DNA of 64,000 nt from Yuukianura sp. NJ FZ-2021. Lineage: Eukaryota. Positions 15,000 to 30,045 of the stretch are shown here, piece by piece. The DNA lies in contig CM102286.1 in the NCBI GenBank assembly GCA_046563655.1, positions 14,260,001-14,324,000 of the forward strand, given 5' to 3'. The position numbers and the translations under genes are program-made. The notes beneath the pieces are model-generated. The model was not told the origin of the DNA. It saw only the letters and a list, made by a program, of their open reading frames with translations, and made no database searches. Position 1 is the stretch's first letter, and every line of letters begins with the position of its first letter.

Positions 15000-16409
15000 A
15001 ACAGAGGTGCGGATCAAACCCCGCGCCTTCGGCGCGTCTGGAAATCCAATAAGTTGTCACATACGTCATTTGGAGTTTGTCTCAGCTTGCCCCAATTTCA
15101 GACAATGAGAATTTACAAAAACAGGGGCCGAAAACAAACCAGTGCTTTGGAAATCTGGAGGAAATGTCAGTTGAAGAAAATTTGAATTAAAAGTTTCAAA
15201 ATTACTGCTTAAAAATTTCGAATGATGAATTTTAATAGGTTAATAAGGATAATGTTTTTGCATCAAGTATCAAGTTAGGGATAAAAAAAAACAGTTATAA
15301 CTTGAAATGGCTTAAAAACGGACTCTTGTGGTTGTAGTTTCTCAAAAAAGGCTTTTCAATTTTTTGACTTTTTTTAAACTTGCATTGTTCCCGCCCTCAC
15401 AATGGGTTTCGTTTATGTGTGACTTTGAGTTAACGTTATGGTTGTGTGGTGGCAGCTTAAGGAGGAATTAGTTATGGGACTTTTGTAGCATTTGGGTCAA
15501 AAGGATGAAGCAAATAAATTCCCATGTAATTTTACACACTAAAATGACTAAAAGTTGCAAAAAATGATAAAGAGTGTAGGTCAATGTGCCATTACAGTAC
15601 AGAAGCAGATTAAAAACCCGAGAAGCTTAGGCAGTTAAACTCTTTTTAAAAGCGGATTTTACGTTCTAAATTAAAAAGTCGTTTCCAATCGGATTTTGAA
15701 GTTTGGCGCCCTTTTCGCTTGAACTTTTGTAACATCTAGGCCACTTGAACCTAACACTTTAATGTAATTTTAATCACATCGTGCTCTTTTGAGTTTTCTT
15801 GGAGGACGTGGATGACGTTGCGAAAAGTTCAAGTCTTGACTTGATCTTTGAATCTTTTGAAAGTCTAAAGGTGTAAGGTGACGCTGTAGTATTGGTTTTT
15901 GGGACAGGAGATGAATTGAGTAAAAAAAACGTTTTTCGCAAAAAAAAAAGTTGCATTTCGTTGAAACACATTATGAATCAAAATTGACATTTCATCTTTA
16001 ACGGGAACTTGTTGAAATGAATAATTGAAAAAGAAACGGAAATGATTATGACAGGGCACGTAATGGGCCAAAAAAGTATGTTGCACGCCGCATCAGTAAT
16101 AACATGGTTACTCAGTAGGTCAATTTCTGTTGAAAAGTTTTATCCAAGGAATTATGCAAGTTGATATTGGAATTTGACTTCTTGGTTTAAAGTTGAAACG
16201 TGAGGACTGAACATGTTTCCTTACCAAAAATTTAAGATTTGTAACGCAATTGATTACAGTTTCACTGGAAATCGAGGTTTGATAAAAAGATTTCTGTTTC
16301 ATTTGGGGTGCTTTAAATATCTGTCAATAAAAACACTTACGTGTAAGTATTTTTGTTTATTCAAAATTTCGAAGAATAAATACAACTTTCTTGTGGCATA
16401 CTAAAATTA

Positions 16410-16678
16410 GGTTCCATGCCATTGTGTCAATTGAATTGTATCAACTGCCATTGCATCAACTGAATTGTGTCAATTTGAATTGGATCAACGCTCAATTGTG
16501 TCAACGGCTACTTGTATCAACCAACGTAACCAAACCTAACCTAAGCTAAATTACGTATTACACTCGTCGACACAATTAGTCGTTGATACAATTGACCAGT
16601 TGATACAATTCTAGTTGACACAATTCAGTTGATGCAATGGCAGTTGATACAATTCAATTGATACAATGGCGTGCTACC
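16410..16678. mobile_element. Foldback MITE, family A, perfect 9-bp target site duplication
   Basis: CTAAAATTA at 16401-16409 and 16679-16687. Long inverted arms built from about 15-bp aattgtatcaact units. Central AACCTAACCTAA. Confidence 0.9.
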
Positions 16679-18929
16679 CTAAAATTATACTTTTTCCCAG
16701 GAAGTACGCAGTTGAATTTTTCCATTCCAAAGTAATTTTCCAAGTTCTCAAATTCTACTAACCGCAATGTGTATCTAAATCTAAATATGTCAAAAGTTGC
16801 TCAATTGACAAAATTTCGCAGAGAACAAACTGATTTTCTCCCTAGTTGCACAGAGTTTTTACTAATTTCAACATTCCTTTCAACTTCGTGAAGGATTTTT
16901 CTTGTCGAAAACAACTTTTCAACAACCAAAATTTTATTTGAAAAGAGTCTTTTAATTTTGTTCTTCATTTCTATTTTTTTCTTTTTGCAGAAAATACCGG
17001 GAAAAAAAACTATGACTAGGAACAGCATTCTGGAATTACACTTTTGTTTAAAAAAAAATTGAAAAGTGACTTTTCAAAATTTCAATAATTTGAAAACGTG
17101 ATACGAATGATACCAACTCGTGACACGTTATCCGTGGATCAATCTATTCACAAAAGTTGATCAACATATCCAGTTAATTCCAAGTTTTGCTGTTTTTTAA
17201 ATTTTAATAACTTGGATTTCAATAGTGTAAAAAATGTAAATTTATTTGTCTGCGTCAGCGAATGGAATCTTTAAATAAGAAAACTTGGGGAGATGCATCT
17301 GCTGTGAGTGCTAAAAGGTTTTCCAGGAATTGAGGAAGACTTAGGTCAATCGCACCACCGTGACAAGAGGTCAACGTCATTTCTTGTAAGATGACATTGA
17401 AGACTCACTTCTGACGTCTCATATTCTGTCTCCCCATAACCAATTTGACACTCAAGGTGTCTAATTTTGCCAATTGTAGGGAGTGTTCTCCTCCAGAGAT
17501 GAAAAAATGGTAGGCGTAAGAAGCCTTTTCATGTTTTCTGGAGTCAGAGGAGGTCATTGACCCCGAAGTACTGTGTGTCCCAGTGGATAATGAATCATAT
17601 CCAGGGCAACAACTCTTGAATCTAGAAGTTACAGTTCCTATTGAGTTCATTGTTCCATTGGACTTGGACGTAAACAAGTGTCATTGACACGTAGAAAAAC
17701 AATTGACACCCAATAAGATATCCAAGAGTTAACACTTTGGCGCTGCAGAGTTCCTTGATTCCATTGTTTTCTCAAAAAACTTACTTTTCATGAGCACTTT
17801 GTATGCTTCACCAACGAAGTTCGAACTTTCTCTATTTTCTACAATCAGACAGTCAGACCTTCCACAAATATTTATTATTTTGTTGTTTTAAATATTATTC
17901 TTCTATTTAAAAAAATATATGAATTTTAGTAATACTTTCACCACATTGACTCCAAAATAACATGGTATATTTTCTTTGTTTGGTAAAAAAACAGTTTTGA
18001 AGTTCCCTTTACATTTTTAAATTGAAATTTTATTACTAGACGTTTTATTAATTTTGTGGTGTGTTTACAGAAAAAAATATTTGTGGCGTAACCTAACCTT
18101 TTTTCCCATTCGGCTTTCCAAGCTTTCATTCCATAAGAAAAGGTTTGAAATTCAGTTTAGACATTGGGTTAAATTTTATTGTGTTTTATTTTAATTTTTT
18201 TTTTTCACACTTAAAGAAAAAATATTTCTGGCATGTATGATTCTTTTTTTCAATTGAGTTTTGGATCCAGCAATTTTATACAGTTCAAACATAAGTTTTT
18301 TGAATAAACTGTTTTCCCGTTGAAATTTTGATTTTGGAAAAATAAGAAGCCTGGTTATGCACATAAATGAAAGTTTTTCAGCGCTTTTGTTTGATCCTTT
18401 CAAACTCAAATTGAATTTTCACCGGCACACACAAGGATGATTGAGTTCACAAATCTCAATTGTTTTTGCTCAAAAATAGAGATGATCGACCTCTAACTTA
18501 ATTTGGGGTTATTGATGTCTTTTTCCCGCGCAAAAACGTACGAGTTCAAAATACTTTTGAAAGATCACCAGGTTTTTAACCCTTGTCTTTTTTTACACTT
18601 TGTTACAAAACGAGAAAACTCACGTTTAGAGCCAAGTAGAGCACAAATTGATAGGGTCAACAGTCGTTCAAGTCCTCTGTCATCGCTGGTTTAAAATGTT
18701 TTAGATTTAGAGTGTAAACAAAAAGTGAAAATGTAAACAGTCGATGTAAACAAACATTCAAAAATAGCAGAAACAGAAGGTAATGAAAGTGATCTGTAGT
18801 TTGTGTTTTGTTGAGCCAAATGCGAAGCCGTTTTGCTAATTGAAGCGTGAGACATTCCATTCAATCTTCTCTTTTTGGTGTTAATTACATTTCACTTTCA
18901 CTTGCAGAGAAAAGAATTTTTTCCAAAGA

Positions 18930-19112
18930 AAGAAGTGGCGGGGGTAACTATTTTTTAAACAAATGAGGGGAGTGAGTAACTATTTATCAAACAAAAGAGG
19001 AGAGTGAGCTAACTATTTTTGAAAAGAAGTGGCGGGAGTAACTATTTCTTAAACACAAGAGTGTAGGGAGTAACTATTTTCAGACGGAAAAGTGGAGGGA
19101 GTAACTATTTTT
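18930..19112. repeat. Minisatellite, about 32-bp unit x6
   Basis: Repeated (g)agtaactattt core preceded by purine-rich aagtggcggg/gagg. Confidence 0.8.
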
Positions 19113-22100
19113 TGAGGCCAAATTAGTTTGTGAGGTCGTTGACTTGGACGGGTCTGATATATTGGTATTTTATGCTTAGAAATTAGTTTACTTCATAGCC
19201 AGTAGTGACGTTCGTGAACAAAATCAAAATCAAAAAAGTTTTTTAAAAAAAGTTTTTGAAAAACAAGTTTTTTTGAAGTCAACAAACGGTGGTGTAGGTG
19301 TGCAGATTATTCAAATAATCCAACTTTAAAAAAAAACTACTATAAACTTTTAAACACAACATAAATTTTTATAAATAGCAAAAAACTAAAAAGTTTTTTT
19401 TCCGTTTTCCGAACTACCGCAGCTCATGAAAAATTCAACAAAGTGTAATAGCGGAACTTTGAACTTTGGAAAAAAAAGTTCCGAATTTTGAAAAGTGACA
19501 CTACAATTCAAATTTATTTGTTGTTCTACTGTCCTACTTTTACTCAAAACTGCTAAAAAAAGTTTCGAGTGTCAAAACATTATTCGCACCATGTTTTCGT
19601 TTTCTTCCTCTTCCGTAGGCGTTGGCTTCTTTTGTTTCTGAAAATTCCGAATGAATAATTTTCGAAATTGAGGCCACGTTTCGAACTTTTTTGCGTCTGT
19701 TGCTGACATGCGATGAGCTCAAAGTGAAAAATGGTTTGTTTTAAGTTCCAGCATAAACATCAACAAAGAATTAATTAGTCCAGAATACTTTCCATTGTTT
19801 TCACCAGTTTCCATTTGGTCCACTCAACCATAAGTTGGCAAGAGTAGGTCATGGAGCTGCCTAAACCTCTGACTCAGCAGATTCTCCTGACGAGCCAAAT
19901 TCCTAAACGTTTCCACTTATTCACACAAGATGAATGGAAACACATCTGTGCTTTCACCTTAACTTTCTTTTCTTCTCTCAAAGGAATTTGGGCTACTTAA
20001 TTTTGTGTTCAAAAAACCGTTTTTTGAATCCATTTTGAACGTTTTTGGAAAACGAAGTGACCTGAATATTTTGAGGTCACGGAGGAAATGAATCGAAGTC
20101 GTCCATTCATTTGTTATTGTGTCTCTGCCATTCAAATTAATTGGAAATTTAGTTTGGTTGAAATAGACTAATTTCCAGTTTCTTTACAAAACAGGATTTC
20201 TCCGGAAGTTGCCAGAACATGAAACGAGGACACAAAAAAGTTTCAAAAAAACGAAAAACTTTCGCGCCCACAAATTTGTCGTCACTTCAACACCAGTTGA
20301 GCTTCCTCCAGAACAATTAGAACCAGAAAAAAATTGGTGCCAACAAACTGCTCTAGTTTGAACTAGTTTACTACTAATTTTTTGTTCTACTTTCTCTTTT
20401 CTTCTTGTACATTCCTAGCCTAACCGGAACAAAGTTTACCTTAATGTAAATACAATGAATTAACGTAGGTAGTGACCTGTCTTTGTTCTGTTTGATTCAA
20501 AAGTAGGTGTTTTGGGTTAGGTTATGCAGAATAGACTAAAGTAACCAAAAAACTGGGTCAAACCAAGACCTGCTGGTTGTATTCATCTTGGCATCAATAG
20601 AAAGCACTCACTTATACAACTGACACGGAGAAAGCATGAAGAGTTCAAAGGAAAAAGCGTCATGAGTTTTTTTTTAAAAGTGTTCTCAAAATTTCCCACT
20701 AAAAAGTGTTTGCTTTCTCCACTTACGATTAGTTTTCTCGCTCCAGGAAAATCTGGATTTTTGAAAAAAGCAAACTTAACCTAGTTTTGGTAAATCATGA
20801 GAAAGCTTTCACCGCATCCTACCTCAAGTGTTCTACTTCTTCCAAAGGATTAGGCTAGGCTTTACGTTGCATTAGGTTAGGCAGGTTAGGTTTTTGCATT
20901 CACGTTAGGTTTTGAGGAAAGTTGAGCTAGGTGAGAAAAAAGAAGGTTAATTGAACTCCAAGCCCTTAATGCCTTTCCGCCTGGTGGGGTTCCGGTTACT
21001 ATCCTAACGGTTAGGTTGCTAGCCTAACGCTTTTGGCATGAAGATGGAAGAAGTAGTAGTTAACCTAAAAAAGTTAATTGAGAAAATAAATTTGAAACGT
21101 TCCCGCCTTACTCTTTTGCTCTGGACACAAAAACTGATCAGGAGAAAGTTTTATGGCGAAAAAAGAGAAAGTAATCATTTCCTTTCTGATGCAATTTTCC
21201 CGCCAAGAATAGTTTTTATGTGAAACATGTGCCAAACATAACTGCTCAATTTTTTAACTTTGATTTTTGTAGTATCTCAAAAACTCACAAGTTTACAACT
21301 TTCTTTGAATTTTTAGCATTTTTGAGTAGCATAAATTTTAGGAAGACATTTTTTGTGAAGACGATGATTCAGAATAAATAAGGTTATGTTTACGTTAGGT
21401 GACTTTCTTTTTTCGTTTTTTGGATCCAATTTATTGAGGGTAATGCTCTCTGACTCAAAATTTTTTAAATTGCCGCCTTAGGACTCACCTGAAAGTGAGT
21501 GCCAAGTTGAGTCCATAAATTTTGATTTTGCCTCGTTTTTTTTTTGTCTGCTAAAAAGTTTTCAGTTTCCGGGAAACTTTTTCTTCTGGGACTGGCAGGA
21601 CTATAAGGACTTCGTAAGAAATCTCACTTAAGGGTATGTTATAACATACGCGAACGTACCACATAACGTAAACACACAGTTAGACGTCTGTTTACATTAG
21701 AGAAGTAGATACTCCGAATTTCAGTTTTTGGAAACACCATTTCCAATAAAATGTCATGAAAATTTTTGTTGTTTTGCGAAAGTGAAAGTGAAAGTCACGC
21801 GGCACTGACATGTGACTTTATAAGCGTGTGGTTTTTGAAAAGAAACTTGTTACGCACAAACTGCACGATTCAAATGAATGTTGAAACTATTTTGTTAGTT
21901 GAGGTGGTTAGGCTTAGGAGAAGTTAATTAACTGGAACTCAATTAACTTTTGTAGTTTGGTAAAATCGACGCCTACAACTCAAAATTCCAGTTTTCCCTC
22001 GAAACTGTTACAGAAATTAGCACCCAAATCGAAATTTCTAGAAGATAATCACTTTAGGAGGCCACGAGGCCAACCGGATTTTGAAATGACATGCGAAACA

Positions 22101-25100
22101 CATAGAATTTTTCAAAAAGTCACGTGTTTTAAATGTAAGCCACTTTTCAAAGTTTGATATGAAATATTTCGCATTTTGTTAACGTTGACCTACAACATAG
22201 TTTATGTCAAAACGATTCCACTTGAGTTGAATAATTTTTTTTCATCTCTAAATTTTATTTGAAATGGAAATTGAAGGAAAGAAATTGCGGAAGTAATTTT
22301 TTGGTTTTGAATTGTTAAAATCGTTTCCTAATACTACTGCTTTTGAAGTTGTTTTTCTGAAAACTTATTTCGCGACATTTCCGATTGCAAATCATTGTAT
22401 CAAAATTTTCTTGGAAAACCCGGAACTTTCAAAAAGTGGCAATTTTAAAAAGCTTAGTGGTACTAAAATAAGAAGAAATGTACTGTGTGCATATCGGAAG
22501 TGTGTGGTAAGGAGAAAGGTAAGTGATGTTGCATAATGGAGGAGATTAGTCTGTCGGATTCCGAGGATTTGTCTGCTCCTCAACGGAGATCCATCACTTT
22601 CACTTCCACCTTCCCGTGTTTTCTCCGAAATTGAGTAAATCTAAGTCTCTAGAAAATTCTACAACTCTTAAAAAAAGTTCCACGGAAATGTATTCTCCGT
22701 TTTTTTGTTAGGGCTTTTTGGATACTTGGAGAAGGCGGAATTCAATTGATTCGACAGACTAACAATTTCCTAAGGAAAATCTGAAAGAAACTGTTGATTT
22801 CTGCGTCCTAGATTCCTAACACTAACAAAAACGTAAGATAGCTGGAGGAAGACGAAAACAATGAAGACGGAGGAACAAGAGAAACAGTTATTTTTAGAAA
22901 AGTTTTTTTCTTTTTTCGAAAATAAACGTTTCCAAAAAAGAAAGTGTTTTCGATGTCTCATTTCTCGGAGGAGAACAAAACAAATCTAGGATTTGAGCAG
23001 AGCGAAGCGGAAATTTGTTCCAATTTTATTTAATTCTGCTCAAACACCATTCTTCTTTTGCTGTCACCCGAATAGTGGAGTGACTAATGTCAGCGTTTCA
23101 TCATGTCTTTTTCAGAAGCGCCAATTTTTCAAATTCAAAAAAAACGTCTATTTTTCAAATTCCAACAACCCAGTTTTTTCAAAAAAATAGATCTAGGACG
23201 ATAGACTGGCAGCTACAACTTTTTGGTTTTAGAAATCCGTTTTAGAACTGCTGGAGAAATTGCTGGATTTTTTGTCTTTTTTATTTTGCTCAACATCGTT
23301 TAGGTCAACACCAACTTTGTAAACGCAACAATTTAAGCAGCGTTTATAGATTCAGTGCCGTTTGAGATTTGCGTCATACCCATTCCGAATTTGTGTTAAT
23401 GTTGTTTTGTTCTTTGAGAATGTAAGAAAGAAAGCAGTTATAGACTTTCTTTTCATTATGTTTACATTAGGTTTGTTAGGTTTTTAGCCTAACAACCTAA
23501 CTTTTTAGTACAAGTGCGTGTTTAGCAGGTGGTAGCAAGTGTTAAGTTGATTTTTTCAATACTTTTTATTTGATGGTTAAGGATATTGCCCAAATCCAAA
23601 AAAATTTTTGCTGACGTAACTTCAGTTTGCTTTTGACATTAAAAAAAATCAAAAATTTAGAAAAGGTAAAAACTTTTTGTGATCAAAAAGCGTCGAAGTA
23701 CTTTGAAGTGCTTTTACAGAACGTTGCTTCTGAAAATCTATTTGAAAAGATGAAACGGCGACAAGTAGAACTTTTTCTAAAAAGGAAAATTTTCAAAAAA
23801 GTTTCTTACAATTTCAAAAGTTGAATGACCTCATGGTTCCAGTTCCTGGTTGATTCTGTTTCGCTTAGGTTACTAACCTAACTTTAACCTAATCCGCGGA
23901 AGGAGAAACTTATTGTTAATGCTTCGCTGTTTTCATTTGGGTTGTGGAGTCCATTAGGATTTAACCAACCGTATGACACGTCTGGTTCCTCACTGTTGTT
24001 CTGTGACCAACTTCCTTGTTAGGTTGGTTAGGTTTACGTTAGGCTAGTTGTGTTAGGTTAGTCCAAGTGGAGATTCAATTTGAATCCTAAGTAACTAGAC
24101 AAGGAAGAAGACGAAGGATGTGGAGATGACAAGCGAATTAAGGAGAGAAAGCAAATGGCTTTCTTCGTTTCCCGCCGGAAATTCAAAAGTAGGTTAACAA
24201 CACCACCACTCCCGCCATCACTTTTTCAGAAAAACACACAAAATGCTTTGAGAGACGTAAATCAGTTCTCTCCGTGCTCCAGTTCTCTCTTGCTGTGCTT
24301 GGGAAGCATCAAAGTGATGCTTGGATGCTTTCAGTTTCTCTTGGAACCTAAAAAAGTGGGGTAATAATGTGCATTAGGGGTTTCCATTTGGAAAAAAACA
24401 GAAACTCCACGTAAACATGTTTTTTGAAAAAAAGAATTCCTGACCTGGGTGAATTTGGAATGCTTTGATGTGTTCTGGAACTGAGTCACTTTCAAGTCGT
24501 TATGCTACGCAGACTGAGGAATTGAGGTCGTTAATCTACTTTCTCTTTGTGCTTTCACTTTTAGAACATTTTTTAGAACGCAGTTTTTTGGGACAAGAGA
24601 GATGTGGAGTGACATGACAAAGTAAATGGAGCCAATTGGACCTTAGAGGACAATAATCTTCAAAAAATAGTCTAATAGTACGAACGTGACCTTTTCAAAA
24701 TTCAGAGCTTTTTTCTCTTGACCCCGATTTCAGAATGGACTTAAATCACATTTTTCTTGCCTACGATTCAAAATTTCGCTGTGATTTTTGGAAAAAATTT
24801 CAGATCTGGGCAAAAATATGCACAATGTTAAAATCTAAGTTCAAAAAATCTTGTGGCTTAAAAAATTCCTGTTCCAGGATCATATTAGCATTGTATTTTT
24901 GAAGTCTTTACGGAAAGAAAAAAAGTTTTACTGTATTTGGTACTCAAAAGTTGATTGAAAATGAAATGAAATTTTGAAACTTTTGTAAGATTTAACAAAT
25001 TGGTGTTTTAACTTTATTGAATTTTGAAACAACGAAAATATGAAACTAGCATGGCGTGATGCCTGAGCGTTTTTTTTTGTCTTGCAGAAATATGTAATAA

Positions 25101-28100
25101 AAAGCAGAAGTTTTTTTTAGACGTTTTTTTTTCTAAAAGTCGTAAAAATGCCAAATGAAGGCATTTACATTTTAACTAAAGATTTGCATAACGGAATTGT
25201 TATACTATCGTGCAAATTTTCTCAGAAATTTTAGATTTTTGAAAAAAAAAAGAGAACTTGTTGCCAATTTACTTTTCCTGGCAAAGGCGAGTCCATTAAA
25301 TTTTTAATCCCGACCCGGACTGAACTTTGCACTTGGAACTTTCAGTGTCTCTGGTTTAGCTTTTTCAAAAAATTCGGAGAAATCCTCTCCCGCTTTGACT
25401 TCTTTTGAATTCTTTTTTTGAAAACGACAAAAAAAAATAGTTGCCGGATTGTCTGGCTGTTGCTAGGAAAAATTTAAGTTAATCCTGTGATTTACGCTTT
25501 TCTTTTTTTGTTTGCTAAAGTCGCAAGTGTCATTCGTTTTGCATGTGCAAAAATTTACTTTTTTGGCTAAGTACAGTGTAGGATGAAGTGTGATTTAAAC
25601 AGTTTAATATAAAAGGCGTTCCATTGCCAAAAGTTTATTTTATGGAATCGACTAAACCATAATTTTAATTCTTGAGCCAAATAAAAAAATCTGGTTTGAA
25701 GCTAAACTTTTTTGGTTTGAAGCGACATTTTGTCTAGTAGAGAAGATGTGTTGGTGGGTCACCATTTTGGCACGTTGTAAACAGCATTGCGACACCACAA
25801 AGCGATATCAGGTGGCGTGATATCCTAATTCGCAAAACATGCCAAAATAGGCGAACTGACGTGTTTTTGCAATTTGCAAAATTTTGTACACCCAAAATTG
25901 CGGGGTTTCAACTTTCTGGAACATTCGTTTCTATTTGCAAAAAAATCAGCCATGCAAGACTTTGAATATTGCTTTGTTTTCTGTTTTTTGAAGATTCTGC
26001 ATAACTCGTTATAGAACTTCAAATAAATTTTTGTTAAAAAATAGTTTCAAAATCCCGTTTTTCGGAATTTGTAAATTGTGACTTCCTTTGTCATAAAAAT
26101 CTCAGGATTTTTATCCTGAATTCTAGAAATGAATCAAACCGAAACTTCCGTGAAACGCTTGATTGACAGGAAATCATAAACCTAACTTTTTCAGTTTAGT
26201 CTAACTAACCATAAGCATAAGCCTAACCTAATCTGTTTTCAAGAACCTTGGACTATCAGGTTTCATGTATTCTAATGATGTCAGATTTCTTGGATTTTGT
26301 ATTGTTAAGAATCTCATAAAGAAAAAGTCACGTTGTTCTAGAAAACGTTTTTCTTTCGAAAGAGAAAAGAAATAAGAAAATGTGATGACAATTAACAAAG
26401 AAAAAGTCACGTTGTTAAAAAAAACTATTTTGAAAAAATATGATGACATGCAAATTGGAACACATTGACAAATCCCGACATTTTTTCTAATCTTGTCCAA
26501 GATTTCAAAATTCTAAAACACATTAAGATTCACATGGCTGTAAAACATGTTCTTGGTTATGCTACAGACATAACTTGTACTAAATTCGAAATTTTTAAAA
26601 AGAACAGTAGCTTAATCTAGAAAATTTTGAAAGTTCAAGTTTTGTCGTTAGAAGTAATTAACCTACAAAAACTAACTGTTATGTGAACGTTAGTCATAAA
26701 ACCAACTGTTGCTTTAAAAATCTGCCAGTGGCATTTTTTTGGTCGTTGAATGACAACTCGCAATTTGCGAAAGAAAAAAATTGCAAAAATTTATGGTAGC
26801 TTTAGTTGACATGCAAAAAGTTGCTAGTCCAGATTTGCAATTTTTTTTAACTATTTTACATTTGTGAACTTTAATTTTTGCACTTTTGGGCGTAATGGAG
26901 TGACGTGGACTTTGTCAAATCGGATGGGCTTGGTCACAACCTTGTCCGGAGTGACGCTCATCTTCAAATGGCGTACAAAATCAACATGTTTTTTACATTG
27001 GAACTTTTTATCAGTAACTTTTTAACTACTAAACCAAATACGCTCAACATGATGCACTTAAACTACTTCAAACTTAAAATTAATTGCTAATGGTTTAATT
27101 AATTTCAAATTCAGACAAGTTCAGCAGTTTAATCCAAAAATTGCTTGCGTTCGAGCCATTACGTAGTTGGCTGAGCACATTGCTTGTAGCACGTCGACAC
27201 AAAGCCGGTTATTACGCAAACTGTTTGGTAAACATGTCACACTAACAAGAACTTTACTTTTGTATTACTTTTGTACTTTTGTTGATTCCAATTTTATAAG
27301 AATTGGAATTTGCAAATTACAAAGAGAAATTTGTATTTTTAGATTGAAAAGAAGCGCGTGTGTAACGTTTCATAAAATCATTAGTTTATGTAAGGCGGCA
27401 AATTTTGAAAAAATGAAACCGAAATAAGTCCGATTCTAGAAAATTGTTTGTTGCAGCTTGGCTTTGTAATTTTCCTAGGTTTTGTCATTCATTTTCATGT
27501 AAATCTAAAAATTGTTGAAAGAAAAGCGATTTTTATTTTCAAAAATATGAGAAGACATGGAACTTTTTCTTTCCTGAAAAGATTCAAATCTTTGATTCAA
27601 CAAGAATCCATGAGAAAAATGGTTCCTGTTTTCCTTTTTTAGTAAAATTTGAATCACTTCGTCACTTATTTTGTCCTTTTCTGAAAAATACAGTAGAAAA
27701 GTAAACAAGCGTAATATAAAGTGAAGCAAGACGTAGAATTTTTTCGCTCCTGTTTTGGCTCTATTGCGAAAATAATTTTTTAAACTGGACTTTGGGTACA
27801 CACGGGAAATCATAAAAAAAAAACAGAAATTGAGAACTTTCTATGCATACGTCAATCCCATAATTTTTCCGTGAGAAAAGATGGCTCATTTTGATGTGTC
27901 TGCAACATGACTTTTTTCACGTCTACGTTTACGTCCACAGCGCATGACTCACTCTATTCTCATTGAACTTTCGAAAACAACAAAGAAAAAACAGAAGCCG
28001 CCAACATTTGACCTTCACATCAGAGTACCAACACACGTAAGGTCACAGGTCACGATAATTTAAAAAATTGTTTGATTATGAGAAATTCAGCATAAGGAAA

Positions 28101-29974
28101 AACTAAAAATTGTGTTTTTTTTGTTATTTTTTTTAGAGCAGTGAGTCAGCATTTACCCGGATCCAATTAACTAAATTCTTATGCGCACGTAGCTGTTTAT
28201 GTTGTTACTGCGCATGAATCATTTCAGCCCAGATCGAATGTTCTCATGGCAGGATTTTTTCAAAGGTTACGTGCGACCGCGATTCAAAATTTTAATTGGG
28301 ATTAACGTCATTTAATGTGAAGATTACAACACCAATTTTTACAACTAACTTTTAACATGATCACCAACCTACGCAAACACAACGTCTATTGTTTTCCTTG
28401 TGATTGTTACTTTGATATTGACGTACACACGTGAGTTTTTTTTCAAAATCAAACTTTAAAAAAAAATCAAAGTCTAAAGAAAAAAATTCTAAGCTTTTGG
28501 AACACCAAAAAAATTGAAATGAAATTTTTAAGCTGAGCGGAACAAAATATCTAAATGAAAAAAATGCCTTTTGCCAAAATTCGGATTTTTAACATAGGTG
28601 TTCGCGTGTAATTTTTGAAGTCATTGAGGTTTGGCGGTTTGGTGGAGCAAAATGGTGGGTCGGTGGGGCAATTCCGTTATAAACAAACCTTAAATTAGTG
28701 GTGGCACGGTGGCTCAATTCCTGGTGTGCCCGTCCTTATTCCTAGTTAGAAAGTGTTGACTTCAATGTCAACATTATTTAGTATGGACGTCTGAATGAAT
28801 TAAGACAAGATTGATGACGTTTGAAGTTGACTTCCTTTGTTTTCCAATTCCATTGTCGTAATTTTGTGCCCCACCATCGTTCCTGTGGTGGCTCGACGCC
28901 CCACCGACTCCACCATGTCAATACCCTTGTTTCTGTTGTCACTTTACTTTTGAAATTGAATTAAGTTTGCACGTAGTCACAAGAACTTCCGACCATAACA
29001 GGATTTGATGGATTATGACGACATGGCTTGAGAGAGTGAGGTGTCTTCGCAGTGTTTTACAGAAACACTGTGTTTTTTCAACAGTGTTTTTCATAACACT
29101 GTGTTTTTTTCTTCAGGACTTCGCTGCACGTGTAGCTAGTAGAAAACTAAGTTAATTGATTTATGTTCTCAAGAAAAACAGAAAGGCTAACCCATGTTAT
29201 GCTTTCCGTTTTCTAAAATTTTAAGGTGTTTTCACTAGTATTGTTTTGGTTTTTGAATTTTATGTTCTTTTTACGCTTGTGAAATACGTTTGTTATCTTA
29301 GGGAATCTTAAAAATATGTTATTGTAGACGTGTGTGTAAGGCAGGAAGTTAAATTTTAGCATACAACTCGTGACGCCAATATTTTTGTGTGTTTGTTCAA
29401 AATTAAACAGAACTTGTGAAATTGTGCGTTTTGCATACTTTTCAAAAGTGAAAAAGTTAACTCCATTGGTCCACTTTCAAATTAAAAAAAAAGTGTCGAA
29501 AATATTTTTTTGTCACTTTAGTGTCAAGTTCCTGTTTGAAATGCGACGGTGATATGCGACTTAAATTTTTCAGGAAATGAATCATTTTACTTTTTACATC
29601 CAAAAATGACCAACATATCTTCGTATTAAAATAGAAAATGAAGAACACGAAATGCCAAAAGCAAAAATTTTGACGCAAAACTTTGGAATATCTTGTTATA
29701 ATTTTATGCTAAATTGAAATCTAACTTTGTGGAGCTGGGTAATTGGATTCGGAAATGATGAGCGTAGCGTATGGTTTTCCGGATGAGAGCTTCCGTTCAA
29801 ATAGAACTGAACGCTGAAAAGAAGAAAAAAGCAAGCTCTGGAGTTCTAGTTCTAATTTTGAGATGATCAAAAACTAGAATCTAAAAATAGACTTGGAAGA
29901 TCTAAAAAGGATTTCATTTCCATTTGGACTTCTAACAATTTCACTATACACTCTCACGCCAGATGAAAACTTTC

Positions 29975-30045
29975 ACTGGAAAGGAGATTCGAACCAACGA
30001 CTTAACTAGAAGATGTAGAAACGTATACCGTTTGGCTAGAAAATT
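29975..30045 (-). pseudogene. tRNA-like Pol III-type fragment
   Basis: Minus strand has TAGCCAAACGG (A-box-like) and GGTTCGAATC (B-box) at tRNA-like spacing. No clean acceptor or anticodon stems. Confidence 0.35.

Noticed and set aside
20855..24062. Scattered TTAGG/CCTAA motifs
   Set aside because: Short, degenerate and dispersed; not an interstitial telomere array.
28130..28146. ttttagAGCAgtgagt, possible 4-nt microexon
   Set aside because: Expected by chance in AT-rich DNA, and no flanking exons support it.
29050..29108. Short duplicated palindrome cagtgtttt...aacactg
   Set aside because: Two units only; no element ends or target duplication.
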